From the NCBI GenBank assembly GCA_964628235.1, contig CAZVLU010000012.1, positions 9,108 through 73,107 on the forward strand: a DNA stretch of 64,000 bases. The letters run 5' to 3'. This document shows, one piece after another, positions 18,316 to 29,148 of the stretch. Position numbers and translations under genes: made by a program. Positions within the stretch are counted from its first letter, which is position 1. Each line of letters begins with the position of its first letter. Below the pieces are notes generated by a model that was not told the origin of the DNA, did no database searches, and was given only the letters and a program-made list of their open reading frames with translations. The stretch is from an uncultured Rhizobium sp. Its GTDB lineage: Bacteria; Pseudomonadota; Alphaproteobacteria; SMXQ01.

Positions 18316-19350
18316 ATGGGATTTCAACGCTTTTTCGGCGCGGGCATGGCGATTCTAGCGGCGAGCGCAGTCCTTGTCGGTATTCCGCGTACCGCGCAGG
18401 CCGCTCTCGACGACAAGCAGCCGATCAAATACACCGTCACCGGAGCAACGGTGCAAGGCTATTTCAAGGTTGTCGTAGAATCGATCAACGGCATCGTGCG
18501 TGACGTCTATCCCGGCACGGCCGCGACCTTCAAGCCTGGCTCCCCCGCCGGCGGAATACTCGAAACCGCGACGGGCAAGGCGGATTTCACCTTCACCTCG
18601 GGCGCGCCGGAAATCGCCTACGCTCTGGAAGGCAAGGCGCCGTTTCGGGAATCGCTGAAGGGCAAAGTGATGCATGTAATGACATTGCATCGTCAACTCA
18701 TCGTGCATAACCTGATGACGAAAGCCTGGGCCGACGAGCACGGCATCAAGACCTTCGCCGACATCGCCGCGAAGAAGCCGCCGATGCGTCTGGCGGTCAA
18801 CGATCTGGCGAACCTGCAATCGACCCTCGGCATGCATATCGCCATCTTCAACGCGCACGGTTTTCAGGAGGGCGACGTGCCGAAATGGCGCGGCAGTTTC
18901 CTGCGCGGCAATAGCGGCATCGGCCTCGACGCCTTGCGCGACGGCAAGGCCGACGTATTCATCAACGGCCGATTCCTGCCCGACTCGACGACCCTCGATG
19001 TGGCGCGCGGCCGCGACCTCCTGTGGATCGATGGCGATCCGGCCATGATGAAGAAGGCGGCCGATGCTTGGAATTACGAAACGCTCGTGATTCCGCAAAG
19101 CACCTATCCGTTCCTGACCAAGGACGTCACCACGCTCAAGTTGTGGAACACGGTCAATACCGGGCCCTCGACATCGGAAGAGACAGTCTACAAGTTCGTC
19201 AAGGCGCTTTACGAGAACCAGAAGCGCGTCCAGTCTATTCACCCCTCGTTGAGCGACTTTGACGGCGAGGAGATGGTTTGGAATCCGATGAAGTTGCCGC
19301 TGCATCCCGGGGCGGAGCGTTTCTACCGCGAGGCAGGCCTGCTGAAGTGA
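18316..19350 (+). CDS. TAXI-family TRAP transporter solute receptor
   Basis: Signal peptide, EETVYKFVKALYEN, PLHPGAERFYREAG; RBS AGGAGG. Confidence 0.9.
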   Translation: MGFQRFFGAGMAILAASAVLVGIPRTAQAALDDKQPIKYTVTGATVQGYFKVVVESINGIVRDVYPGTAATFKPGSPAGGILETATGKADFTFTSGAPEIAYALEGKAPFRESLKGKVMHVMTLHRQLIVHNLMTKAWADEHGIKTFADIAAKKPPMRLAVNDLANLQSTLGMHIAIFNAHGFQEGDVPKWRGSFLRGNSGIGLDALRDGKADVFINGRFLPDSTTLDVARGRDLLWIDGDPAMMKKAADAWNYETLVIPQSTYPFLTKDVTTLKLWNTVNTGPSTSEETVYKFVKALYENQKRVQSIHPSLSDFDGEEMVWNPMKLPLHPGAERFYREAGLLK

Positions 19351-19460
19351 CGCGTCACGCGGGGCGGCTTTTGAGATGGCCGTCCCGCCGCAAAATCTAC
19401 GTCACGGCGTCCGTTTGTGCCTTGCCGCCTTTTTAACCAGAGCGAACGGCAGATTCCGCG

Positions 19461-21419
19461 ATGACCGATATCTCCAAGGCGCCGACGCGCTTCGATTTGC
19501 CGAAGCGCGTCTTCGTAATCACCGGCGAAAGCAATCGCGTCTCGCCGTCTGGCGCGACAGGCTGGCTGATCGCCGGCATGGCGGTGGCCGTCAGCTTGTT
19601 CATCGGCTGGAGCTCGATCTTCGGTACGATGACCCAGCATCACCAGATTTCGGCAGCCTTGGCTCTACTGATGCCGATCTGCTATCTCACGACGACGCGC
19701 TCCAAGTATGTCGAGCGCTTGACCTGGGTCGATTATCTGTTAGCGGTCGTTTCCTGCGCCGTCTGCCTCTGGTATGTCTTCAACGAAGAGCGCTTCCAGA
19801 ACTGGATGCGCGGCTTTTCGGTCGTGACCGAACTGGATATCGCCCTCGGCCTTCTGTTCGTCGCGCTAATTTTTGAAATCTGCCGGCGCGCTGCGGGTTG
19901 GGGGCTAACTTCGATCATGATCGTTCTGCTGGTCTATACGGCGTTCGGCCATTTGCTGACCGGCAGCTTCTATCACGATCCTATCAGCCTCGAATATTTC
20001 ACCGACATGCAGACGGTGAGCGTCGATGGCGTTTTCGGATCCGCCCTCTACGTCGCCGCTAGTTACGCTTTCATGTTCGTGCTGTTCGGCGGATTCTACC
20101 ATTTGGCCGGCGGCGGCCGATTTTTCTTTGATCTGGCTGCCGCCGTCACTGGCCGTATGATCGGCGGGCCAAGCAAGGCCTGCGTGGTCTCCAGCGGCCT
20201 TTACGGCTCGATTTCCGGCAGCCCGGTGGCCGACGTGGCCACGACCGGCCCCATCAACATTCCGATCATGCGCAGCGTCGGCATTTCCGCTGCGCGCGCC
20301 GGCGCCATCGAGGCAGCGGCTTCGAGCGGCGGCGCCATGTTGCCGCCGGTGATGGGCGCTGTCGCCTTCATGATGGCCGACTTCACCGGGATTCCCTATC
20401 ACGAGATCGCCAAATCATCGCTGATCGCCGCATTGCTCTATTATCTCGGCGTTTTCGTTCTCGTGCATTTCGACGCGCAACGCTTCGATATCGGCCGTGT
20501 GCCCGAGAACAAGATCGTCGGCCTGTTTGAGGCGATGCGGCGCGGCTGGCTGAGCCTAATCCCCATCGTCGTGCTGATTGTGCTGCTGGTTGAAGGCTAT
20601 TCGCCGGCCTATGTCGCGGCCGGGGCAACGGCGTCGGTGGTTCTCGCTAGCTGGCTGTCGCGGCCCGACGCCATCGGCCCCAAGCGCTTAGTCGAGGGTT
20701 GCGTCGATACTTGTCATCGCATGGTGCCGCTGATCGCCGCCGTCGCCGCCGCGGGCGTCATCATCGGCTGCATCGAGCTGACCGGCCTGTCGGGCAAGTT
20801 CACCGTCTTGCTGTTCGGCCTGTCGGGCGGCGAACTGGTGCCGTCGCTGATCATCGCGGCGATCATTCTCATCCTGCTCGGCATGGGCATGCCGACGACC
20901 GGCGTCTATATCATGGGCATCGCGCTGATCGCGCCGGTCTTCCTCATCAATTTTGAATTGCCGCTGCTCAGCGTGCACATGTTCATCCTCTATATCTCCT
21001 GCATGTCGGCAATCACGCCGCCGGTGGCGGTGGCCTGCTTCACGGCGGGCTCCATCGCCGGCGCCAATCCATTTAAGATCGCGCCCTATGCCTGCAAGCT
21101 GGCGGTCGGCGGGTTTGTCCTGCCGTTCTTCTTCATCTTCAATCCGGCCATCTTGATGCAAGGAACCCTCGTCGAGATTTTGTCCGATACGCTTCTCGCC
21201 GCAATGCTGGTCGTGATCGCCTCAATCGCGCTGCACGGCTGGGTGATGAAAAAGCGCGTGCCGGCTTGGTTGCGTCTGGTTTTCGCCGGCCTGGCGGTAG
21301 GCATCATCCATCCGGAACCTTGGATCGAATATGCTTGCGGCTTGCTGGCCCTAGGGATTTACACGGTGCTTTATCTGCAAGCGCGCGACTTGCAACCGTC
21401 AGCCCCCTCGGCCGAATAG
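19461..21419 (+). CDS. TRAP transporter 4TM/12TM fused permease
   Basis: GGPSKA, ISGSPVADVATTG, AIEAAASSGG..PPVMGAVAF, GMGMPT, ITPPVA; highly hydrophobic. Confidence 0.92.
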   Translation: MTDISKAPTRFDLPKRVFVITGESNRVSPSGATGWLIAGMAVAVSLFIGWSSIFGTMTQHHQISAALALLMPICYLTTTRSKYVERLTWVDYLLAVVSCAVCLWYVFNEERFQNWMRGFSVVTELDIALGLLFVALIFEICRRAAGWGLTSIMIVLLVYTAFGHLLTGSFYHDPISLEYFTDMQTVSVDGVFGSALYVAASYAFMFVLFGGFYHLAGGGRFFFDLAAAVTGRMIGGPSKACVVSSGLYGSISGSPVADVATTGPINIPIMRSVGISAARAGAIEAAASSGGAMLPPVMGAVAFMMADFTGIPYHEIAKSSLIAALLYYLGVFVLVHFDAQRFDIGRVPENKIVGLFEAMRRGWLSLIPIVVLIVLLVEGYSPAYVAAGATASVVLASWLSRPDAIGPKRLVEGCVDTCHRMVPLIAAVAAAGVIIGCIELTGLSGKFTVLLFGLSGGELVPSLIIAAIILILLGMGMPTTGVYIMGIALIAPVFLINFELPLLSVHMFILYISCMSAITPPVAVACFTAGSIAGANPFKIAPYACKLAVGGFVLPFFFIFNPAILMQGTLVEILSDTLLAAMLVVIASIALHGWVMKKRVPAWLRLVFAGLAVGIIHPEPWIEYACGLLALGIYTVLYLQARDLQPSAPSAE

Positions 21420-21510
21420 GCCGACGCTATTTTTTCATTGAGCGCGGCGGCTAACGTCAAGTAAAATAAGAACATTCGTATTCTAAGGATTTGGGAGGCC
21501 AGGCATAGCC

Positions 21511-22347
21511 ATGACCGTAACCTTCAATCTCGCCGTCCGTCCGCTGTCGCCGGCGCTCGGCGCGGAAATCTCAGGCGTCGATCTGAGCCAGCCTTTGAGC
21601 GACGCCGCCTTCAATGCGATCCACGACGTCTGGCTCAAGCATCAGGTCATTCTCTTTCGCGACCAGACGCTCGACGAGGAGCGGCAGATCGCCTTCGCGC
21701 GGCGCTTCGGCGATTTGCAGGAAGTCCGCACCACCAAGGGTCTTTATAAAAATCCTTACGTGCTGATGGTCACCAACGTGGTGATCGACGGCAAAAAGGG
21801 CGCGCTGCCGGACGGCGAGATGCAGTTCCATTCCGACCAATGCTATTACGAGAACCCGGCGATGGCGACGATGCTGTTCGGGATCGAAGTGCCGCCGGCG
21901 GGCGGCGACACGCTGTTTTCCAGCGCTACCGCGGCTTACGACTCTTTGCCCGATGCGACGAAGAGACGGCTGGAAGGCCTGCGGGCGCTCAACGTTTACG
22001 ACTACGGCAACGCCTCGACGATCAAGAGCGACAGGATCGACGAGAACGCGCCGAAGTTCGTTCACCCAGTCGTGCGCACCCACCCGGAAACCGGGCGCAA
22101 GGGCGTCTACGTCAATCGCTTGATGACAAATCACATCCTCGGCCTTGAGCGCGCGGAAAGCGACGCCTTGCTTGAGGAGCTCTTTTTGCAGATCGAAAAG
22201 CCCGAGTTCATCTACGGCCATAAATGGCGTGTCGGCGACCTGGTCATGTGGGATAATCGCTGCGCGCTACATGCGCGGACGGACTTCGATCCCGGTACGC
22301 GCCGCATGATGCGCCGCGTCACCGTTAAGGGCGATAGGCCCTATTAA
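21511..22347 (+). CDS. TauD/TfdA Fe(II)/2-oxoglutarate dioxygenase (copy 1)
   Basis: FHSD, GGDT, HPVVRTHPETGRK, WDNRCALHAR. Confidence 0.92.
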   Translation: MTVTFNLAVRPLSPALGAEISGVDLSQPLSDAAFNAIHDVWLKHQVILFRDQTLDEERQIAFARRFGDLQEVRTTKGLYKNPYVLMVTNVVIDGKKGALPDGEMQFHSDQCYYENPAMATMLFGIEVPPAGGDTLFSSATAAYDSLPDATKRRLEGLRALNVYDYGNASTIKSDRIDENAPKFVHPVVRTHPETGRKGVYVNRLMTNHILGLERAESDALLEELFLQIEKPEFIYGHKWRVGDLVMWDNRCALHARTDFDPGTRRMMRRVTVKGDRPY

Positions 22348-22397
22348 TTCTGCACTAAATGCGAGAACAAACATAAGAACGAAGATGCGGACCGTCC

Positions 22398-22423
22398 TGA
22401 TTGACACAATCGCTTGTCAATCA
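22398..22423. promoter_or_regulatory. Palindromic candidate operator TGATTGACA-N8-TGTCAATCA
   Basis: Perfect 9-bp inverted arms in the intergenic region upstream of the SDR gene. Confidence 0.45.
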
Positions 22424-22571
22424 CCGTCAACTACTGGGGCCTCGTGCGCGATGGGCAGTTTGCTTTTGAATGGCCTGCCGTGAAGGACCTAGGTAGGTGT
22501 GTCTGAGCTATTGAAGACAAATCCAACGCCACTCGAAGCAGATATAATATTTAAAATTAGGCTGAGAATTT

Positions 22572-23360
22572 ATGACTGATATTTCACCCACCCATCCAAG
22601 CCTTGATCTGACCGACCGCGTTATCATCGTCACCGGCGGTGCCAAGGGTATTGGCAAGATCTATTCCCAGCGTCTTGCCGCCGCTGGCGCGCGTGTGGTA
22701 GTCGCCGACATCGACAAGGGCCCGAACGACGAGTTGACGCAAGCCATCGTTAAGGCTGGCGGTGCTGCCATCTCGCAGCCGACTGATGTCGCCAATCCAG
22801 AGTCGACCCAGAGCATGGCCAAAGCAGCCATCGCCAAATGGGGCCGCATTGACGGCCTGGTCAACAATGCCTCATTGATGAGCGTGCTCGGTCGCAAGCC
22901 ATGGTACGAGATACCGGTCGACGAGTGGGACCGCGTGATGGCTGTCAATTTGCGCGGAATTTTTCTCTGTTGTCTCGCGGTCTACCCGCAGATGAGGCAG
23001 CAAGGCGGCGGCAAAATCGTCAATATCGCGTCGAGCCGCGTTTGGGAAGGCACGCCTAACCGCCTGCATTACACCACGTCGAAAGCCGGCGTCGTCGGTC
23101 TTACCCGCGCTCTAGCGCGCGAAGTCGGACCGGACAATATTGCCGTCAACGCTATCTCGCCGGGCTTCACTCAGAGCGAGACCCAGATGGCTACCTCGTC
23201 GAATGCCCATGTGGCAAACCGTTCTATGGTTAACAAGGCGTTCGATCGCGTGCAGGTGCCTGACGATCTGGTCGGCGCCTTGATGTTCCTGTTATCGGAC
23301 GCGAGTAACTATATGACTGGCCAGACGATGAATATCGACGGTGGCCATATGATGCATTGA
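22572..23360 (+). CDS. Short-chain dehydrogenase/reductase
   Basis: TGGAKGIG, NNA, YTTSK, NAISPG. Confidence 0.92.
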   Translation: MTDISPTHPSLDLTDRVIIVTGGAKGIGKIYSQRLAAAGARVVVADIDKGPNDELTQAIVKAGGAAISQPTDVANPESTQSMAKAAIAKWGRIDGLVNNASLMSVLGRKPWYEIPVDEWDRVMAVNLRGIFLCCLAVYPQMRQQGGGKIVNIASSRVWEGTPNRLHYTTSKAGVVGLTRALAREVGPDNIAVNAISPGFTQSETQMATSSNAHVANRSMVNKAFDRVQVPDDLVGALMFLLSDASNYMTGQTMNIDGGHMMH

Positions 23361-23369
23361 GCGGAATTA

Positions 23370-24218
23370 GTGGTTATGATTCAAGGCTTACTGGTCGAAC
23401 CCTTATCGCCGGTAGTCGGCGCATCGGTGCGCGGTATCGACTGGCGCGATCCGGTCGACGCGGCCACCGCAGATGCCGTGCGTGACGTCTTCACGCGGCA
23501 CAGCGTCTTGTGCTTTCCCGGCCAGAAGCTCGCACCGGACGATCAAGTCCGCTTTGCTAATGTTTTTGGCAAAGCTGACAGCAGTTATCGCAAGCCGCCG
23601 AGCGAGGATTTCGAGGGTGCGCGCCAGCGCGGTGTGATGCTCGTGACCAACGTACGCAAAAACGGTAAGCCGGTCGGTTTCCTACCCGACGGCGAAATGC
23701 AGTTCCATTCCGATGGCGCGCACCGCAACCCGCCTTATCGGGCGACCACACTTTACGCCATCAAGATCCCGTCGCGCGGCGGAAACACGCTGTTCGCCAA
23801 TCTCTATGCCGCCTACGAGGCGCTGCCCGAGGCGACGAAACACCGTCTCGACGGCCTGCAGGCACGTACGGTCTATCTCTATGACGCGCTAACCCGCGAC
23901 GACACTGACGAGGACGATCCGAAGTTGCCGTCGGCTGTCCATCCTATCGTCAAGACGCATCCGGCATCGGGACGCAAATCGCTCTATCTCAGTCGATTGA
24001 TGACGCGCAATGTCGTCGGCATGGATCGCGCCGAAAGCGATGCCCTGCTGGCGGATCTGTTTGACCATGCCGAGCGGCCCGAATTCGTGTACGCCCATCG
24101 CTGGACGCCGGGTGACCTGGTGATTTGGGACAACCGCTGCCTGAACCATGCACGGTCCGATTTCCCGTCCGACGAAATACGGCTGTTGCGCCGTTACACG
24201 GTTTCCGAGCCCGTCTGA
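23370..24218 (+). CDS. TauD/TfdA dioxygenase (copy 2)
   Basis: LPDGEMQFHSD, GGNT, WDNRCLNHAR. Confidence 0.92.
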   Translation: MVMIQGLLVEPLSPVVGASVRGIDWRDPVDAATADAVRDVFTRHSVLCFPGQKLAPDDQVRFANVFGKADSSYRKPPSEDFEGARQRGVMLVTNVRKNGKPVGFLPDGEMQFHSDGAHRNPPYRATTLYAIKIPSRGGNTLFANLYAAYEALPEATKHRLDGLQARTVYLYDALTRDDTDEDDPKLPSAVHPIVKTHPASGRKSLYLSRLMTRNVVGMDRAESDALLADLFDHAERPEFVYAHRWTPGDLVIWDNRCLNHARSDFPSDEIRLLRRYTVSEPV

Positions 24219-24892
24219 GACGTCCGGCGTCGCCGCCGCAATTATGCTCTTGTGAAAATCGCCGACGCTCCATGGGCCTGGACCACGAGCTCGACCAGCT
24301 TTTCATCGGGCTTGCTCGGCTGGTATGCGTTCTCGATGAGGAAGCGGACCTAGACCCCACGCCGCCGGAGCGTGATCGGGTAGCACGATGGCGATGTCCG
24401 TTGCAGTCACAAGATCGGTGATGCCCAGTCGCTTTTGGAGCGCTTCAGCGTTCAGAGCGATGCAAAGTCGCTCCTGGTAAATCATGGACGCCCGCAAAAT
24501 ATGAAGCAAGATATCTCGCTGCGCCGCTGAAGTAGGAGAACATAAGAGTCCTCGCCGGAACTAGCATTTTGAGTTTTGTTGGGCCATTCACTGTGTGCCG
24601 CACAAAGTAAAAATCGCTCCCTATCTCTTGTCCAATTTCGTAAGGCGAGGTGAAGCCATCGGTGCGCCACATCATGCAACTCAAAGCAGCTTTATCGAGC
24701 AAGCAGTTCGATAATGGGCTTAGGCGGGAAGGGCAATTTGCCGATTACATTCGGCCAGAGTTTACTGATCAATTTTAAAGATCAATGCAATCGTAACAAT
24801 AAATTAGATTAATCGATTAGATCACGTATAATTTTTTGGAAAGACACCAATGCAGTTATTCTGACCTGAGGTGCAGGGGGAGGACAATCCAA

Positions 24893-25993
24893 ATGCTTTT
24901 TATCCATAACGACATTGTCGAACGCGTTCTTTCGATGAAGGAATGCATCGAAATTCAGGAAGAAGCTTTCAAGGGGCTCGAAAACGGCGCCGCGATCCAT
25001 CGGCCAAGAATCGATATGTACGCGCCGACGAAGCGCGAGGACGGCTATTACCGTTGGGGCACGATGGAAGGATGGTACGACGGCATCTTTGCGATTCGCA
25101 TGAAGTCTGACGTTATCACGTGGCCGCAGACGGGGAATGGCGGCTGGACAGAAGAAAAGTACTGCATCGAACCGAATACGTTTTGCGGACTCGTCATGCT
25201 GTTCTCTTCCGACAATGGAGAGCCGCTCGCCATTATAAATGATGGCGTGTTGCAGCACATGCGCGTCGGCGCGGGCGCGGGTATTGGCGCAAAGCATCTC
25301 GCGCGAGCAGATGCCAGCAGTGTTGGAATGCTGGGCTCCGGCGGCATGGCAAGGACGTTTCTTGAATCATTCTGCGCCGTGAGGCCGATCAAGAGCTGCA
25401 AGGTCTACAGCCCGACGACCCGTAACCGGAATGCCTATGCTGAGGAGATGAGCGCAAAGCTCGGAATCGAAGTGACCCCGGTGGATACCGCGCGCGAAGC
25501 GGTGCGTGGGGTCGATATCCTCTCGACCGCGACTGACAGCATGGCACCGACCTTCGAGGCGGAATGGTTGGAGCCCGGCATGCACGTCGCGATGCTCGGA
25601 CCCTGCGAGGTATCGGCAGATGCTGAGAAGCGCTTCGACGTGAAAATTCGTCAGGGCATCGGTGGCCTCAGCATGCCGGAGACGGAGCGCATTCGCTCCG
25701 AGGTCGGAATGAGCCCGATGGCCTGGATCGCCGGCACAAAAGAACAGATGAAGAGGTTGCCGCGCAAAACGCCGGGCAGCGGCTTCGGAGGCGTCTACCC
25801 AGATTTCTGCGACTTGATGTTCGGACGTGTCAAAGGGAGACAGTCAGCTGAGCAAATTACCTTCTACCACAACATGGGCAACCAGGGCTTACAATTTGCC
25901 TCGGTAGGCGGGCTTGTCTATCGCAAGGTCAAGAATATGCGGGTTGCTCGCGAAATGGAAACTGAGTGGTTCGTGCAGGATATTCGTGACTGA
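24893..25993 (+). CDS. Ornithine cyclodeaminase/mu-crystallin family (imine reductase-like)
   Basis: GLVMLFSSDNGEPLA, MRVGA, GSGGMA, GLQFASVG; RBS GGAGG before ATG 24893. Confidence 0.88.
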   Translation: MLFIHNDIVERVLSMKECIEIQEEAFKGLENGAAIHRPRIDMYAPTKREDGYYRWGTMEGWYDGIFAIRMKSDVITWPQTGNGGWTEEKYCIEPNTFCGLVMLFSSDNGEPLAIINDGVLQHMRVGAGAGIGAKHLARADASSVGMLGSGGMARTFLESFCAVRPIKSCKVYSPTTRNRNAYAEEMSAKLGIEVTPVDTAREAVRGVDILSTATDSMAPTFEAEWLEPGMHVAMLGPCEVSADAEKRFDVKIRQGIGGLSMPETERIRSEVGMSPMAWIAGTKEQMKRLPRKTPGSGFGGVYPDFCDLMFGRVKGRQSAEQITFYHNMGNQGLQFASVGGLVYRKVKNMRVAREMETEWFVQDIRD

Positions 25994-26084
25994 CCATCGC
26001 ATGCCGTCCGCGTCGGATTAATAATTTAACCAATCAGAAGGGAGGACGAAGAAGCCTCCCGAAACATCTAGGGAGACTGAAACA

Positions 26085-27143
26085 ATGCTGTGGACACGTT
26101 TCGCGGTCGCATTGAGCGGCGCTCTTGTTCTGGCGATGCCGAGCTTCGCGCAGTCTAACGATGGGCACTTTAAGGCTAAGGAAGTGCGATTGCTGGTTGG
26201 GTATGCGGCGGGCGGAGGTTACGACGTTTATGCTCGAATGGCCGCCGCTCATCTCGGCAAGTATCTCGAGGGCAAACCTGCTGTCATCGTGCAAAATATG
26301 CCAGGAGCCGATGGTTTGCTTGTCGCGAATCACGTCTTCTCGCGAGTCCCGAAAGACGGCAGCGTCATCGCCCTGACCAATCGCAATATCGCGGTCGCTC
26401 CAATCCTCGGCTTGGTTGAACCGCAGAATGTGCAATATAAACCGGAAGAATTCTATTGGCTGGCCAACTTAAATGCCGAAGTCAGCGTGATCGTCGTCCG
26501 CAGCGATCTGAAGATAACTTCGCTTGAGGAGACAAAGACTCGCCCTACTGTCGTCGGCGCCACGGGGCTGACATCCAATAACGCAATTTATCCCTATGTC
26601 GCCAACAATCTGATGCAAACCAAGTTCAAGGTGGTGTCCGGTTATCCCGGCACGAGCCATCTTGTTCTCGCCATGGAGCGCGGCGAGATCGAAGGCATCG
26701 GCGGTTGGGCTTGGTCGAGCATTCAGGTGCAGAAGCCTGATTGGATCGCCGAAAAATTCATTACGCCGCTGTTGCAACTTTCGCTCGTCAAGCACCCGGA
26801 TTTGCTCAGCGTGCCGTTGATCGGCGACTATGCGCGGAACGAGAACGAGAAAAAGGCGCTGGAATTGATCTTCGCGCCGGAAGCCAGCGGCCGTCCCTTC
26901 TTCGCGCCGCCGGGAATCGAACCGAACGCAGGGCGTGCGTTGCGGTCTGCCTTTGCGGCTTTAGTCGACGATCCGGATTTCAAGCTTGCAGCCGAGAAAG
27001 CCAAACTAGACGTTACTTTTACTGATGGTCAGACGCTGCAGAGCCTTGTTGAGCGTCTGACGTCGGCGACGCCGGCCGCCGTCACCCTGGCGAAGGAATT
27101 GACGCAGCGTGGCAATACGGAGGTCGTCGAAGACAAAAAATAA
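26085..27143 (+). CDS. Bug/TctC substrate-binding protein
   Basis: GGGYDVYAR, QNMPGA, GYPGT, AMERGEIEG. Confidence 0.9.
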   Translation: MLWTRFAVALSGALVLAMPSFAQSNDGHFKAKEVRLLVGYAAGGGYDVYARMAAAHLGKYLEGKPAVIVQNMPGADGLLVANHVFSRVPKDGSVIALTNRNIAVAPILGLVEPQNVQYKPEEFYWLANLNAEVSVIVVRSDLKITSLEETKTRPTVVGATGLTSNNAIYPYVANNLMQTKFKVVSGYPGTSHLVLAMERGEIEGIGGWAWSSIQVQKPDWIAEKFITPLLQLSLVKHPDLLSVPLIGDYARNENEKKALELIFAPEASGRPFFAPPGIEPNAGRALRSAFAALVDDPDFKLAAEKAKLDVTFTDGQTLQSLVERLTSATPAAVTLAKELTQRGNTEVVEDKK

Positions 27144-27144
27144 C

Positions 27145-28122
27145 ATGGTCTTACGCTTGACGATGGCGGTCGATCGATACGACCGTCATTTCCCTTTCTT
27201 CGACGGCACGGTATCTCCACCGCACGGCACGGAAATCCGGGCTCTGCAGGTCGGTCAGACGGTCGCCTTGCGTGATGGAGAATTCCGTCATGAACGCATG
27301 ATACGTGACGGGGAGTTTGATATTTGCGAATTCTCCCTGTCGTCGTATTTCATGGCGCGCGATCATGGTATCGATTTGATGGCGATTCCGGTTTTCCCTC
27401 GACGGTTGTTCAGCGCTGGACTCTTTTACGTCCGATCGGAAGCTGGCATCGAGAAGCCCTCCGATCTTGTCGGACGACGCGTCGGCCTCAATTCTTTCCA
27501 AACTACGCTTTCGGTCTTGGCGCGTGGAGACCTCGCGAGCCAATACGGCGTGCCCTGGGAAGGAATCACTTGGTGTGTTGCAAACGATGAGAAGGTCGCC
27601 TTTCAGGCGAAGAGGGGCGTAGAAATCCGCAATTTGGGCGCTGGGATCGATTTCGGCCTTGCGCTCCAGCAGGGCGAAATCGATGCCCTGATCCATCCGC
27701 ATCCTCCCCCATCGTTATTCGCCGGACCGTCGCCCGCCCGCCGCTTGTTCGCGGACCCAGCCGCGGAAGAAGCGGCTTATCTGGAAACTCACGGATATTT
27801 TCCCATCATGCATGTCGTGGCCATGCGTGGGAGCTTGCTGAGGGAGGTTCCAAATCTGGCGCTGGATATAATGGAAATGTTCGAGCGCGCTAGGGGCATC
27901 AGTGAAAGCTATTACGACGACCCTAATTGGTCGCTTCTAGCTGGCGGTCGTCGCTATTTCGAGGCCGACCGTAGGTCGTACGGCGAAAATCTCTGGCGCT
28001 CCGGCTTACAAGCCAATGCCAGAAACCTTAAACGGTTCGCCTACTACATGCTGGATCAAGAGCTCATTTCTCGCGTGCCCGATTTCGGCGACCTGTTCGC
28101 TCCAGTGACACTGGCGACGTAG
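27145..28122 (+). CDS. 4,5-dihydroxyphthalate decarboxylase-like protein (second copy)
   Basis: YDRH, EFSLSSY, IPVFPRRLFS, FPIMHVV; start at ATG 27145. Confidence 0.8.
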   Translation: MVLRLTMAVDRYDRHFPFFDGTVSPPHGTEIRALQVGQTVALRDGEFRHERMIRDGEFDICEFSLSSYFMARDHGIDLMAIPVFPRRLFSAGLFYVRSEAGIEKPSDLVGRRVGLNSFQTTLSVLARGDLASQYGVPWEGITWCVANDEKVAFQAKRGVEIRNLGAGIDFGLALQQGEIDALIHPHPPPSLFAGPSPARRLFADPAAEEAAYLETHGYFPIMHVVAMRGSLLREVPNLALDIMEMFERARGISESYYDDPNWSLLAGGRRYFEADRRSYGENLWRSGLQANARNLKRFAYYMLDQELISRVPDFGDLFAPVTLAT

Positions 28123-28231
28123 ATTTCTAGTTTTTAATATTTTTTTATGGTCTGGCATTCATTGCAAAGAGCGGCCGGCTTTTTCATCCAAGCTCTTTAC
28201 TCTGTATTCAGATACGATCAGACTTCTCTAA

Positions 28232-29146
28232 GAGCCCGACTCGAAACTCATGTTGAGCGCGCGAGACGCTTGGTGAGCAGCATGACGGAGGCGGCGTAGA
28301 GGAAGGTTTGTGCGGAGGCGATGGTGGCCTCGAAGTCCTTTGCCAAGCGTCGATTGCGGTTGATCCAGGCGAAGAAGCGCTCGACCACCCATCGCCTTGG
28401 CAGGACCTGGAAGCCGACCTGATCGGCGATCTTCTTGACCACCTCGATGGCGATGCAGGTGGCGTCCTTGACCCGCTGGGCACCATAGGCGCTGTCGGCG
28501 AAGGCGAGTTCGACGAAAGGGAACGATCGGCGCGACGCCTTGAGCAGCGGGATCGCGCCGTCGCGATCCTGGATATCCGCCGCAAGCGCCTGGATGACCA
28601 GGGCGCGCCCGTCGGTATCGACCATGGCGTGGCGCTTGCGGCCCTTGATCTTCTTGCCGGCATCGTAGCCCCTGGGGCCGCCGGCTTCGACGGTCTTGAC
28701 ACTTTGGCTGTCGATCACCGCCGCCGAGGGGCTGGCCTCGCGCCCGACCCGCGCGCGGTCGAGCATGACGAGATGGTGGTTGATGGTCTCGAACAGGCCT
28801 TCGCGGCGGAAGCGCAGGAACCAGCCGTAGACCGTCGTCATCGGCGGGAAGTCCTTGGGCAGCATGCGCCACGCGCAGCCGGCCCGCAGCACGTAGAAGA
28901 TGGCATTCATGATCTCGCGCATCGGCCATTCGCGAGGCCGGCCGGTCCATGCCGGCGACGGCATGAACGGCGCGACGATCGCCCATTCCGCATCGCTCAG
29001 ATCGCTTCCGTAGCGCAACTCATCGCGGCTATGCTGCCGCCGGGTGGCCGATGTCCACATGTGCTCCTCCAAACTGGCTTTGACAACCGTTTGGAATCAC
29101 ATCCGGGCCCGACCATCCACTCTTATCTGAGTTTCAAGACGGCCTC
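28232..29146 (-). mobile_element. IS5-family element, IS1031-like
   Basis: Imperfect 18-bp IRs GAGCCCGACTCGAAACTC / GAGTTTCAAGACGGCCTC; TAA target duplication (the right copy is split by the next IS). Confidence 0.88.
28248..29060 (-). CDS. IS5-family (IS1031-like) transposase
   Basis: YGSDLSDAEW, IDSQSVK, GKKIKGRKRH, DSAY, RWVVERFFAW..R.RRL.KDFE. Confidence 0.92.
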   Translation of the reverse strand: MWTSATRRQHSRDELRYGSDLSDAEWAIVAPFMPSPAWTGRPREWPMREIMNAIFYVLRAGCAWRMLPKDFPPMTTVYGWFLRFRREGLFETINHHLVMLDRARVGREASPSAAVIDSQSVKTVEAGGPRGYDAGKKIKGRKRHAMVDTDGRALVIQALAADIQDRDGAIPLLKASRRSFPFVELAFADSAYGAQRVKDATCIAIEVVKKIADQVGFQVLPRRWVVERFFAWINRNRRLAKDFEATIASAQTFLYAASVMLLTKRLARST

Positions 29147-29148
29147 TA

